A stretch of 64,000 nucleotides of DNA from Candidatus Abyssobacteria bacterium SURF_17 (GCA_003598055.1 QZKI01000062.1:9131-73130); one strand, 5' to 3'; shown: positions 38,971 to 48,859, counted from the stretch's first letter. The notes: generated by a model from the letters alone, not told the origin. Numbers and translations: made by a program.

Positions 38971-40773
38971 ATGAGGAAAACGCCACTACTGCTGCTTATC
39001 ATCGTTGCGATATTACCCTATACAAATACCCTCAAGAATGAATTCGTGGGTTACGATGACCAGAATTTGATACAGCATAGTCGGGAAATCCGCAGCCTCG
39101 CACCCGGGAACATTGCGCACATGTTTGTCCCGCGGACAAGAGGCAATTATCAACCGATTCGCACGCTCTCCTACGCGCTTGATTACGCGCTCTGGGGCGC
39201 GCGCCCTTTCGGTTTCCACCTGACGAACATACTCTTGCATGCGCTGACGGTGGTCGGGGTGTGGCTTTTGGTCCGCCGTCTGCTGCCGGAGCCGGTTCCT
39301 TTTCTCGCGGCGCTGATATTTGCGGTTCATCCGATTCACGTCGAGAGTGTGACGTGGATGTCGGCGCGCAAGGATGTGCTAGCGCTGGCGTTCTTCCTTT
39401 TTGCGATTTTGTCGTACGAGAAATCAGAGAGAAATGGCACATGGCCATATGTAGCCTCGATTCTCTTGACGGCGCTTGCGCTCCTCTCGAAATTGACGGC
39501 CGTGTCGCTGCCTCTCTGCATTCTGTTGCATGAAATCTGTCGCGATGGCTGGCCGAGAGTGGGCGGCTTCGCTCGAAAGCTGGTTCGCCTGACGCCGCAC
39601 GTGCTGCTGGTATTCCTCGTTGTCGCGCTGAATTTCGCGCATTCCGGCGCCACATCATCACATGGCGACGCGCTTGCGAGCCTTGAGAGAACCTCGAGCG
39701 CGTTAGCGCAAGACATACGCTTAAGTATGCCGCTGGTCGTCTGCCGGTATATCGGTCTCCTTTTGGCGCCCTATGGCTTGGTCACGCATTATGATGTTGC
39801 TCGGGTATCGAGAATCGCTGACCCGCGGGCGCTGCTTCCCATAGTAATCCTTTCTGCCCTGATTATCTCCGGCGTTGTCTGCTTCTTTAAGGGCCGAAAG
39901 ACGCAGGCGTTCGGCATCGGCTGGTTTTTCATCACGCTCTTGCCGGCGTCCAACATCATTCCGACTGCCTCAATGATGAATGATCGCTATATGCATATGC
40001 CGTCTATTGGCTTTTCGATACTTCTCGCGATGGCGCTCGCCTATCCTGCGAGAACGATGAGACGAAAGAGTGAAGGGTCGGCCTGGCCGTTGACGATTAT
40101 GCCGGTGATACTGGTTGTCCTGCTGTTATCGACCCTGACGATTCGCCGCAACACGGACTGGCGAAACACTGAAACTCTCTTTTCCCGAACCCTGCGCATT
40201 AATTCACGGAGCGTCGATGCCCGGCTTGCCCTCGGAGCAATCTATGGAGAAACCCGCGACTATGACTCTGCAATCAAAATGTATCGTGACGCGCTTGAAG
40301 TAGACCCGGGCAATTATCGAGTTCTTTATAACCTCGGCGTGGCGTACACGAAAAAGGGTTGGTTCCATCAAGCTATCAAGGCACTCGAAGACTCTCGCGC
40401 CGCAAATCCTGACTTCATCCCGACGCGCTTCAACCTCGCGCTCGCCTATCATGAACAAGGACAGTACCAGCAGGCAATCGCGGAGCACAGGGAAGTGCTG
40501 CGAATCAATCCCCGACGGGCCGCTTCACATGGGGACCTTGGCCGCATATACCTGAAGATGGGGCAAACCGACCTCGCCCTCATGGAGTTAAATGAGGCGC
40601 TCGACATTCAGCCAAACCTGACTCCCGCCCTTATCGACCGGGCAAGATTGTTCATGCAACAGGATTGGCGTGCGGAAGCCGAGAAAGATATACAGCGGCT
40701 CGAGTCGTTGGGGGTCAATGTCCAGAGTCTGCGGTCACAGCTCCAACACACGAACAATGCAAACACGAAATAA
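38971..40773 (+). CDS. TMTC/PMT-like GT-C-fold membrane glycosyltransferase with C-terminal TPR array
   Basis: N-terminal ~420 aa is multi-TM with a loop-1 YDD motif, an HLTNILLH segment and HPIHVESVTWMSARKD (DUF1736/TMTC-like signatures). The C-terminus carries at least four TPRs (YNLGVAYTKKGWFHQAIKALE..., FNLALAYHEQGQYQQAI...). Confidence 0.65.
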   Translation: MRKTPLLLLIIVAILPYTNTLKNEFVGYDDQNLIQHSREIRSLAPGNIAHMFVPRTRGNYQPIRTLSYALDYALWGARPFGFHLTNILLHALTVVGVWLLVRRLLPEPVPFLAALIFAVHPIHVESVTWMSARKDVLALAFFLFAILSYEKSERNGTWPYVASILLTALALLSKLTAVSLPLCILLHEICRDGWPRVGGFARKLVRLTPHVLLVFLVVALNFAHSGATSSHGDALASLERTSSALAQDIRLSMPLVVCRYIGLLLAPYGLVTHYDVARVSRIADPRALLPIVILSALIISGVVCFFKGRKTQAFGIGWFFITLLPASNIIPTASMMNDRYMHMPSIGFSILLAMALAYPARTMRRKSEGSAWPLTIMPVILVVLLLSTLTIRRNTDWRNTETLFSRTLRINSRSVDARLALGAIYGETRDYDSAIKMYRDALEVDPGNYRVLYNLGVAYTKKGWFHQAIKALEDSRAANPDFIPTRFNLALAYHEQGQYQQAIAEHREVLRINPRRAASHGDLGRIYLKMGQTDLALMELNEALDIQPNLTPALIDRARLFMQQDWRAEAEKDIQRLESLGVNVQSLRSQLQHTNNANTK

Positions 40774-40786
40774 GGACAATATGGGG

Positions 40787-42436
40787 TCAGACAAGCGAAT
40801 GGAGTTCCTCCAAAATCTTCCTTAATTTCTCCGTGCCCGTAAGATGCAATTCTCCACGGTAGTACTCAAGAAGTGGAGAGGTCCCGTATTGCTCCCATTT
40901 CTCGATGTATCGCTTATCTTCCCTCAGAATTCCCAGTTGTTCAATTCTGCGTCGAACTTCCGTTGCCGTCTGCTCGCCCGCACCTGACTCAGGCAGATAG
41001 ACATGCCCGCCCATTGCCGAAATTCTAAAATAGGCCGCGGTTGCACTCGAGAGCGCGTCATGCGGAACCGTATCGATTGTCGCGATCCTGACGACTTCGA
41101 TGGAGTCATCACGATAGAGAAGCCGGAGCGCGTACGTTAGTGTCTCGAACCTGAATATCAGCGCGCCTTCAGCGGAATCCGGCACGTTCAAGAAGAAAAA
41201 CGTTGTCCCCGGCGACGGCGCCGGACAGAGCCGCATTGTCTGGTTGACCACTCCATTCGTGATTTCTGAGGCATGTCCCCAAATGGCTTGTCTCTGTTTA
41301 AGAAAATAGCAGCTTGTTCCCGCAAAGATGACTGCAAACGCGCATCCGAGCACGACTGAATACGAACGCCGGGTTAGTCGCTCGGAAAGCTTGAACAACG
41401 CAATCGAAACCAATATGGCCGCTGCGGCAGACCCCAGAACCGCGTGTCTCTCCGAGGGGACCAGCCCCAAAGCGAGAACCGGCGCAGCGCTCGCCAGAAT
41501 CCACCACAACAGGAAAGTCAGCCGGAACCTCTTCATGAGCACGGGAACAATGGCAACCGCGAGGATGGCGATCCCACCGAGCAGCGGGAACGCCGTGTGG
41601 CTCGCCGCAAGTTTGTCGAACCAGTGGAGCGAGAGAGCCCAGTCGATTGGAGAAAGAGTCATAATGAGCAGGTACCACAGTCCGACTACCAGGATTTTCC
41701 AGTCGAAGGCGGTGAGCGCAAGGGGTAAGTGAACCTGTCTCATCACGGCGTGCCTGACCACCATGAAAGAGATACCCAACACAACGAATGGCAAACAGCT
41801 TCTTGCAACTCGCTTCACAGCGATGGGCCAGCGAAGCTCTCCGCCCAAAAGCAGGTCATAGCTGCAAATGATTATCGGGAGCGAAACAGATGATTCTTTG
41901 GTCAGAAGAGCAAATGCAAAGAAAGCCAGAGAGCACAAATACGAGCGCAGAGAATGAACCTGACGCCAGCGGATAAAGAAGAGCAGCGACGCCAACGAGA
42001 GAATATTTTCCAGAACACCATTAAGACCCGATATCCAGAAAAGCGCCTCGGCATGCGCGCTCGCGGCCAAGAATATGATGGCCGAGGCAAGCGCCCACAG
42101 CCATTTGTGGGTAAGAAGCAGGCCGATGTAATAGACCTCGAAACAGAGGACTGCGTAGCAGATGAGGCTTATGAGATGGTATCCCGCAGGCCGCAAACCG
42201 AACATTCCCACAAGAGACTCAAGGAAAATTTTGGCGATGGGACGATAATACAGGCCCCAAGAGGGCGTCAGAAACTCCTCGAGCGTCGAGACAGGCGTTC
42301 CTGCCGAGTGAAGAAGGGCATTGTACAAGACAATGTAGTCGTCGGAATTGAAGTGATGGGTTACCGTATTGCCGAAGAGGAAGAAGACAAGAAAAAACAA
42401 AGATGCGATGGCCACAGCGTGCCTTGACTTTGCCAC
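40787..42436 (-). CDS. TMTC/PMT-like GT-C-fold membrane protein (TPR-less paralog)
   Basis: Same N-domain signatures as 38971-40773 (FNSDDY..., YRPIAK, GYHLISL, HAEALFWISGLNG). 549 aa, ~11 predicted TM helices. Confidence 0.5.
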   Translation of the reverse strand: MAKSRHAVAIASLFFLVFFLFGNTVTHHFNSDDYIVLYNALLHSAGTPVSTLEEFLTPSWGLYYRPIAKIFLESLVGMFGLRPAGYHLISLICYAVLCFEVYYIGLLLTHKWLWALASAIIFLAASAHAEALFWISGLNGVLENILSLASLLFFIRWRQVHSLRSYLCSLAFFAFALLTKESSVSLPIIICSYDLLLGGELRWPIAVKRVARSCLPFVVLGISFMVVRHAVMRQVHLPLALTAFDWKILVVGLWYLLIMTLSPIDWALSLHWFDKLAASHTAFPLLGGIAILAVAIVPVLMKRFRLTFLLWWILASAAPVLALGLVPSERHAVLGSAAAAILVSIALFKLSERLTRRSYSVVLGCAFAVIFAGTSCYFLKQRQAIWGHASEITNGVVNQTMRLCPAPSPGTTFFFLNVPDSAEGALIFRFETLTYALRLLYRDDSIEVVRIATIDTVPHDALSSATAAYFRISAMGGHVYLPESGAGEQTATEVRRRIEQLGILREDKRYIEKWEQYGTSPLLEYYRGELHLTGTEKLRKILEELHSLV

Positions 42437-42459
42437 AAGTCTCTCCTAGGCGTCACGGA

Positions 42460-43359
42460 TTACTCAGAGGTGATCCCTTTTCGCGCATAGACAAGCATGA
42501 TGTCGAACGGGTTTACGTAGATGATTACATCGGAAACGCCGAGCCATCGAGAAGCACGACTGAGCAGACGTTGGACCGTTGCGCTATATTGACCTGTCCT
42601 CTTGATAAAGAAATCCACATCGATGTACTTGCCGACATGCTTAACCCGAATGGGCACAAGATGATGCTTCAGGAGAAGGCGTTTGATAGTAGCCGGAGAG
42701 AAATAGTATAGGTGTTCTCCTTGCTTGATTCCCATCCATCGAGCGCCCCAAATCCGCGCGGAAACGCTGGAGATATTCGGTGTCGTAAGCGCCAGCAATC
42801 CGCCAGGCTTCAGGAGTCGGTGCGCATGCGCCAGTTCGGTGGAGGGGTCGGGGCAATGCTCGATGAAGTCCCACATGGTTATGACATCGAAACTCTCGGG
42901 GATTAACTCCGCTTGGGCGAGCGAGCCGCACATGATATCAACCGACATATGGCGACGTGCGAATTCGCAGGCGAACGCCGAGATTTCTATTCCCTTGGCC
43001 TCCCACCCGAGCTGACCTGCAATCTCGAGGAAGAATCCGGTCGCGCAGCCCACATCCAGCAGTTTGCCTTTCCGTCCTGCCTGTATTTCGACCTCCCGCA
43101 ATCGCTTCCGGAACGTTCTGCAAATCTTATCACGGTCGGCGATGTAGTCGTCATATCCCAATGCGCCGGAGTTGGTGCTCCGAAAATATGACTCCGAGTA
43201 CAGTTCCATCAAACGACCCTGGTCAGGAATATCATCTGCCCTGACCAGGCCGCACCCGGTGCAGGTAATGATTCCGGCCGAAGGATAGAGATAGCGGCCG
43301 GAGGAAGACCCGCAGAGGATGCACGGTGAGAGGTCAGTTCTCGGAGCGTGGTGATTCAT
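42460..43359 (-). CDS. class I SAM-dependent methyltransferase with N-terminal zinc ribbon
   Basis: Zinc ribbon CILCGSS...CTGCGL. Motif I LLDVGCATGFFLE. Motif LLKPGGLLALTTPN. Confidence 0.7.
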   Translation of the reverse strand: MNHHAPRTDLSPCILCGSSSGRYLYPSAGIITCTGCGLVRADDIPDQGRLMELYSESYFRSTNSGALGYDDYIADRDKICRTFRKRLREVEIQAGRKGKLLDVGCATGFFLEIAGQLGWEAKGIEISAFACEFARRHMSVDIMCGSLAQAELIPESFDVITMWDFIEHCPDPSTELAHAHRLLKPGGLLALTTPNISSVSARIWGARWMGIKQGEHLYYFSPATIKRLLLKHHLVPIRVKHVGKYIDVDFFIKRTGQYSATVQRLLSRASRWLGVSDVIIYVNPFDIMLVYARKGITSE

Positions 43360-44089
43360 ACCGTTTCATCCAGTCGTTAATTCTCACTCGGATGACCTCG
43401 CACACCATCGGCAGCGTATGCTTGAGGACCCTTACCTTGGTGGCGGGCGAATTGTTCCAATGAACTGCGATTTCGCCGATTCGGTAGCCGAACTTGCTCG
43501 CTAGAAAGAGCGCTTCCACGTCGAAGCCAAAGCCGTTCACGCGGGCAACCGAGAATATTCTTCTCCCCGAGCCATTCGTAAACAACTTGAATCCACATTG
43601 TGTGTCATGGATTTTCGGCACTGCAAGCAAGCGGACTATCTTGTTGAAGACTATTCCGCTAAGTTCTCTGTACCATGGCCGCCAACCAACAATCACCGAA
43701 CCCTCCAGCGCTCTTGATCCGACAACCACAGCGAATCCGTCCTGAGCAGCGCGCTCGAGTTTCTCCAAATCTTCAATGGGAGTGGCCATATCGGCGTCTG
43801 ACAATAACACGCTCTGTGAGCGGGCAGCAAGCATCCCGGTGCGAACGGCGAAACCCTTACCCCTGTTTGGCTGATACGTAATAAGGCGAATCCGGCCATC
43901 CTTCTGCGCATACTGCCGTACTATGTGCGCCGTTGAATCCGAGCTTCCATCATCGACGATGATTATCTCATGGTTGACGCCGAGTTGTGTCAGATAGGAA
44001 GAGACTGACTCTATTGTTTCGCGAATCCGCTGAGACTCGTTGTAAGCGGGTATTACCACAGAGAGTTCTGGCAAATCGGACGTCATCAA
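43334..44089 (-). CDS. GT2 Dpm1-like polyprenyl-phosphate hexose synthase (soluble form)
   Basis: LSVVIPAYNESQRI...IIIVDDGSSDST...SDADMATP...QCGFKLF. This is the Dpm1/DPG-synthase pattern. Lacks C-terminal TM helices. Confidence 0.8.
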   Translation of the reverse strand: MMTSDLPELSVVIPAYNESQRIRETIESVSSYLTQLGVNHEIIIVDDGSSDSTAHIVRQYAQKDGRIRLITYQPNRGKGFAVRTGMLAARSQSVLLSDADMATPIEDLEKLERAAQDGFAVVVGSRALEGSVIVGWRPWYRELSGIVFNKIVRLLAVPKIHDTQCGFKLFTNGSGRRIFSVARVNGFGFDVEALFLASKFGYRIGEIAVHWNNSPATKVRVLKHTLPMVCEVIRVRINDWMKRYESPRSEN

Positions 44090-44494
44090 GAGAGCAACCT
44101 TTGGATTGGATGGTTCCGGCTGGGCATAGTTGCAAGCATCCGTCAGGGATGCAGATTTGACAAAACCATGTGAGGGCCGCCGAGTTCGAGCCCTCCATGG
44201 TTTATCTCTAAGGATACTGCGCTAATGTACAACTTATGCGAGCCTTTGTCAAGAATGTATGTTCTATCATGCAGGCAGGTTCATATTGGAATTGTAACCT
44301 CTTTCCCTGCAAGAGGTTTATCTTGAACCTTGCATCTCATCGGGCTTGGAAGGGTCCGGTCATGTGTTTGGGAATAGCGCGACTACCAACTCACTGGTTC
44401 TGTGCTGTGTCCGGGTCGGGTGGGCTCGGCTTCCCGGTTTCTCTTATTGCAGAAGAGAAGCAATCGTTGGTCAACCGGTTCTTGTTCTGAAAAT

Positions 44495-44523
44495 TTGACT
44501 TATTTAATGTCCCATGTTATACT
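44495..44523 (+). promoter_or_regulatory. sigma70-like promoter candidate TTGACT-17-TATACT upstream of the IHF/HU gene
   Basis: Seen directly, ~135 bp upstream of ATG 44658. Sits in a 570-bp divergent intergenic region. Confidence 0.35.
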
Positions 44524-44657
44524 TATGGCAATTCAGCGCCGGTAAGCGTGAGGAACCAATTTCGCGCAGATGCAATATCTCACACCTGCGATAAATGGAA
44601 TGAATTGCCGATTTGCGCCGTACTCATAAAGCCATGTGAGGAAAGGAGTCCGATCGC

Positions 44658-44957
44658 ATGACGAAGCGGGAGCTTGTAATCGAGGTAGCCAAACAGCTCG
44701 GTTTCACCCAGAACGATGTGGCACGAATCGTCCAGGCGGCATTTGACGTCATAACCGACTCGCTCGCCGATGGGAAACGCCTCGAAATCAGGAACTTCGG
44801 TGTGTTCGAGGTGAAGACCCGCGATGCGCGAATCGGGCGCAATCCGAGGACGGGCGAAGAGGTGCCTATCCCGGAGAAACGCGTGGCCACGTTCAAACCG
44901 GGCAAGATGATTAAGGAAAAAGTCGAGAATTCTCGTCCTGAAGCGGCCGCGCAGTAG
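44658..44957 (+). CDS. HU/IHF-family DNA-binding protein (IHF-beta-like)
   Basis: MTKRELVIEVAKQLGF...RNFGVFEVKTRDARIGRNPRTGEEVPIPEKRVATFKPGK matches the HU/IHF arm motif. Confidence 0.85.
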   Translation: MTKRELVIEVAKQLGFTQNDVARIVQAAFDVITDSLADGKRLEIRNFGVFEVKTRDARIGRNPRTGEEVPIPEKRVATFKPGKMIKEKVENSRPEAAAQ

Positions 44958-45004
44958 CACACCGGGTTAGTCGACCCACCGGGAGTCTTTCAAAAGATTG
45001 TGCG

Positions 45005-45673
45005 GTGTGTGCTGATTTGGTTTCTCGCAAGTTTCCCTCTGACTGTGGGTTATACGTACTCCTTGACTATGCCCTCCTGTCGGGCCGCATCCTCGAGGTT
45101 GCTGAACAAGTGCTTCAAGGAGGCGCCGACATCATCCAGTTTCGGGCAAAAAGTCCGTCCAAACGGCAATACTATGAGGAAACGCTGCTTCTGCTTGACC
45201 TTGCCCGTCGCTACCATGCACCCTTTGTCGTAAACGACCACCTTGATATCGCGCTCGCCATCTCCGCTGACGGCATCCACCTCGGGCAGAATGACTTACC
45301 GTGCAGGGCTGCACGACTTCTGGTTCCAAATCATACGTTCCTCGGCATTTCAACCCATTCCGTGGAACAGGCAGTGAAGGCCGCCGAAGAAGGAGCGGAC
45401 TACATCGCCATCGGCCCAGTCTTTCCAACTTCCACCAAGGAAAACCCTGACCCCGTCGTGGGAACAAGAGGCGTGTCCGAGGTCAGGAAAAGAATCGGCT
45501 CGCTTCCACTCATTGCTATCGGGGGAATAAACAGCGGGAACGTAGCAGAGGTGATTCGCGCAGGCGCTGACGGGGTGGCCGTGGCCTCGGCCGTCGCGCT
45601 CGCGGACCATCCGGAATCGGCGACCCGAGCCCTTACAGAAGAAATCACACGCGCTCGCCATCTTTCAGCCTAA
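45005..45673 (+). CDS. thiE: thiamine-phosphate synthase
   Basis: LYVLLD...GADIIQFRAK...HLGQNDLP...IAIGPVFPTSTK...IGGI. This is the ThiE/TMP-TENI fold pattern. Confidence 0.75.
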   Translation: MCADLVSRKFPSDCGLYVLLDYALLSGRILEVAEQVLQGGADIIQFRAKSPSKRQYYEETLLLLDLARRYHAPFVVNDHLDIALAISADGIHLGQNDLPCRAARLLVPNHTFLGISTHSVEQAVKAAEEGADYIAIGPVFPTSTKENPDPVVGTRGVSEVRKRIGSLPLIAIGGINSGNVAEVIRAGADGVAVASAVALADHPESATRALTEEITRARHLSA

Positions 45674-45736
45674 GGCCGTCCTGTGGCAACACATTAGGGG
45701 GGATCGACCACGAAGACATCTCGGGAGCCATCACGA

Positions 45737-46885
45737 ATGATACAACTCGCAAGGAGACTGTTGTGCTTATGCTCCGCTTCCATCCTGTTTGCCGTATTCG
45801 GCCTTGCAACCAGTGGGTGCAGCGGGGACGGCGACGGCGAGGGCGGCTTGGCGACAGTGGCCGTGACCCGTGGCGGCATCGAGCGGCTTGTCATTGCCAC
45901 GGGAAGAATCGAACCATTCTCGAAGGTTGAAATCCGCTCGAAGGTCGACGGACTTATCAAGACAGTAGCCGTTGATGAGGGAGACCAGGTCTCGAAGGGG
46001 CAGGTGATTATCGAGATTGATAAAGATATCCTGGAATCGAGGGTAAGAGAAGCGCGCGCGGCCCTGGAGCGAGCCCGTGCTCGATATGAACAAGCGCAGA
46101 TCGAAGCTTCTCCGAGCGAGATGGAACTAGCTCAGAAGAAGCATGAGCGTTTGCAGCAACTCTTCTCCACGGGATTTGCTTCTCAACAGGAGCTCGATGA
46201 CGCAGAGACAGCGTTGACGGTTGCCAGGGAAGTGTATCGCGCCAAGCAGGCTGCGGTTTCGATGGCGAAGGCGGAGTTGTCAGCGATACAGGCGGCATTA
46301 GACCGTGCGGAGAATGAATTAAGATATGCGACCATTGAATCGCCGTTAGATGGAATTGTGCTCAGCCGGAGCGTTGACGCAGGCGCAGCCGTGGCCTCGG
46401 TCGCTTCCACCATGGGCACGCTGCTGATGACGCTTGCCGATGTGCGCGAAATGCATTTTGTCGGCGATGTTGATGAGACTGATATTGGCATGGTTCGCGA
46501 TGGAATGCCGGCACGCATTTCGGTGGAATCGTATCCCGGCAAGAAATTCCATGGCACGGTCAAGAGAATCGCTCCGCTCGGGGTTGAAAAAGATAAGATT
46601 ATGAACTTTGAAGTCGAGATTACCATCGAGGATGCTGATTTTCCGTTGAGAACGAACATGACTGCCGACGCCGAGATCATTATCGAGACGCATGAGAATG
46701 CTTTGCTCGTGCCACAGAACTCCCTGCGGTACAAGCGCAGCCAAGCCTATGTGGAAGTGCCCGACAACACGCAGGAAGCGGGAAGACGGCCGGTAGATGT
46801 GGTCCTCGGGATCAGCGGAACAAACTTCAGCGAGGTGCTCTCCGGATTGAAGGAAAATGACAGGGTGATTGTCCCTGCAGAATGA
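45737..46885 (+). CDS. efflux periplasmic adaptor subunit (HlyD/MacA-like membrane fusion protein)
   Basis: N-terminal lipoprotein-like/TM segment. Coiled-coil hairpin (REARAALERARARYEQAQ...). Biotinyl-lipoyl-like and beta-barrel segments. Confidence 0.8.
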   Translation: MIQLARRLLCLCSASILFAVFGLATSGCSGDGDGEGGLATVAVTRGGIERLVIATGRIEPFSKVEIRSKVDGLIKTVAVDEGDQVSKGQVIIEIDKDILESRVREARAALERARARYEQAQIEASPSEMELAQKKHERLQQLFSTGFASQQELDDAETALTVAREVYRAKQAAVSMAKAELSAIQAALDRAENELRYATIESPLDGIVLSRSVDAGAAVASVASTMGTLLMTLADVREMHFVGDVDETDIGMVRDGMPARISVESYPGKKFHGTVKRIAPLGVEKDKIMNFEVEITIEDADFPLRTNMTADAEIIIETHENALLVPQNSLRYKRSQAYVEVPDNTQEAGRRPVDVVLGISGTNFSEVLSGLKENDRVIVPAE

Positions 46886-47610
46886 ATAATGGACAAAGGT
46901 ATTCTATGAGCAGCATAGACCAATATGTGGTTGCACTGAGAGGAGTCACCAAAGTCTATGGTTCTTCCGACGTAGAGGTGCACGCGCTGCGAGGAATATC
47001 GGTCGGAATTCACATGGGCGAGTTCGTTTCCATTGTCGGCCCCTCGGGCTCGGGAAAGACAACGTTGATGGACATAATCGGCTGCCTGTCCCGCCCGACA
47101 TCGGGCGAATACTATCTCGGAGGCAAGGATGTCAGCCGACTGAACGACGATGCCCTTGCCGAGATACGGAACAACGAGATAGGATTCGTGTTTCAGACGT
47201 TCAACCTGATTCCGCGTCTGACCGCTCTTCAGAATGTCGAGCTACCGCTTGTGTATGCCGGTGTGCCTGCACGCGAGCGCTTTCGGCGGGCGCAAGAGCT
47301 GTTGGAGTCCGTGGGCCTGGCAGAGCGGATACACCATAAGCCGAGTGCGCTTTCCGGCGGTGAGGTGCAGAGAGTGGCCGTGGCGCGCGCTCTCGTAAAT
47401 CGTCCCTCGCTCATTCTGGCGGACGAGCCGACCGGCAACCTGGATAGCACGTCGGAGGCCGAAATCATCGCGTTGCTTAAGGACTTGCACGATAAAGGAA
47501 ATACGATAATCATTGTAACGCATAATCCCTCGGTGGCCGGGCAGGCGCAAAGGACTATCAGCCTGAAAGACGGCCACGTAGTTTCCGACCTTTCTAAAGC
47601 GCCTTCGTAA
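46882..47610 (+). CDS. ABC transporter ATP-binding protein (MacB/LolD-like)
   Basis: Walker A GPSGSGKTT. Signature LSGGEVQRVAVARAL. Walker B ILADEPTGNLD. Confidence 0.85.
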   Translation: MNNGQRYSMSSIDQYVVALRGVTKVYGSSDVEVHALRGISVGIHMGEFVSIVGPSGSGKTTLMDIIGCLSRPTSGEYYLGGKDVSRLNDDALAEIRNNEIGFVFQTFNLIPRLTALQNVELPLVYAGVPARERFRRAQELLESVGLAERIHHKPSALSGGEVQRVAVARALVNRPSLILADEPTGNLDSTSEAEIIALLKDLHDKGNTIIIVTHNPSVAGQAQRTISLKDGHVVSDLSKAPS

Positions 47611-47611
47611 G

Positions 47612-48847
47612 ATGAACATCTGGAACATTCTCTCCCAATCTCTCGAAAGCCTCTCGACGAATCGGCTGCGGTCACTGCTCACCATGCTCGGAGTCGTATG
47701 GGGCACGGCATCTGTTGTCTTCCTGTTGGGATTTGGGAAAGGCTTCGTCTCGGTCATGAGAGCGGAAGCTCGCTCAGGAAGCGATGGATATGTCGTGTTC
47801 TGGCCGAAGCGGGCGCTTTCGGAGGTGAGCGGTCGAAAAGGAGCGCGACAGCTCAGCTTTGAACTGAAAGAGGTTGACGTGATTTTGAACCATTGCCCGT
47901 CAGTGCGTTATGTCACCCCTGCCGACCACGTATATACCCTCATGAAGCATGAGAACAGGCTGAAAATGGGGGGTGTCTTCGGCGTGATGCCGGATGCATT
48001 CCATATTTACAACTTGAGCCTCGAGCAGGGACGCTTCGTTCAGCCGAGCGACATTGACAACATGGCGCGTGTAATCGTGCTCGGCGCCGACTTGAAAGAG
48101 GCGTTATTTCCGGGCGGAATGCAGGCCATCGGACAGCACGTTAAAATCCTCGGCATTTCTTTCGAGGTAATCGGGACTCTCGCGAAAAAGGGCGAACAGC
48201 TTATCACAATGCAAAGCGAGGACGACGTGAAGGCTTATGTCCCCGTTACCTATGCTTTACGGTACCTCGGCACAAGGAAGATAGGCGAAATTGACGTCCA
48301 GCCGGGGAATCCGTCGGTCAGCAAGGAGTGCATTAGTGAAGTGAAGGCCGCGCTGGCGAAGGAACTGGATTTCTCACCGGACGACGAAGAGGCTTTGGAA
48401 ATTTTTGACTTATCGAGCATGATACTCTCTTTGGACATCATGGCGCTTGCTTTGGCCGTCTTTGTCACCTTCGTGGGCGTGATTACTCTGTTTGTTGGCG
48501 CAGTCGGAGTAATGAATATCATGTTGATAAGCGTGACCGAGCGGACACGCGAGATCGGAATACGAAAGGCATTAGGCGCCAAACGAAGACAAATCCTGAT
48601 GCAGTTCATGGCAGAGGCGCTCGCGATTACGGCGCTGAGCGGAATCGTGGGCATTGTTATCGGATGCGCTGTCAGTCTCGGGATTGCTGCGATGCCACGG
48701 CCGAAGATTTTCGCTGCACCGGAGATTTCCGTCTTCACGCTGGCCGTCAGTTTCCTCGTCATGGTCGGGGTGGGATTGTTTGCGGGAATTGCTCCTGCGC
48801 TTCGGGCCGCAAACATGGAGCCAGTCGAGTCATTGCGATACGAGTGA
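47612..48847 (+). CDS. ABC transporter permease (FtsX/MacB-type)
   Basis: MacB_PCD-like periplasmic domain and C-terminal FtsX 4-TM bundle with ...REIGIRKALGA... motif. Confidence 0.8.
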   Translation: MNIWNILSQSLESLSTNRLRSLLTMLGVVWGTASVVFLLGFGKGFVSVMRAEARSGSDGYVVFWPKRALSEVSGRKGARQLSFELKEVDVILNHCPSVRYVTPADHVYTLMKHENRLKMGGVFGVMPDAFHIYNLSLEQGRFVQPSDIDNMARVIVLGADLKEALFPGGMQAIGQHVKILGISFEVIGTLAKKGEQLITMQSEDDVKAYVPVTYALRYLGTRKIGEIDVQPGNPSVSKECISEVKAALAKELDFSPDDEEALEIFDLSSMILSLDIMALALAVFVTFVGVITLFVGAVGVMNIMLISVTERTREIGIRKALGAKRRQILMQFMAEALAITALSGIVGIVIGCAVSLGIAAMPRPKIFAAPEISVFTLAVSFLVMVGVGLFAGIAPALRAANMEPVESLRYE

Positions 48848-48859
48848 GGGAGTCTTCAG

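Noticed and set aside
44090-44657. 570-bp AT-richer intergenic region examined for an ncRNA or riboswitch. It contains an imperfect hairpin aaccatgtgagggc...gccctccatggtt at ~44163-44210.
   Set aside because: No recognisable riboswitch consensus. The hairpin is imperfect and lacks a terminator tail. More likely a divergent promoter region (a promoter candidate at 44495-44523 is reported as a feature).
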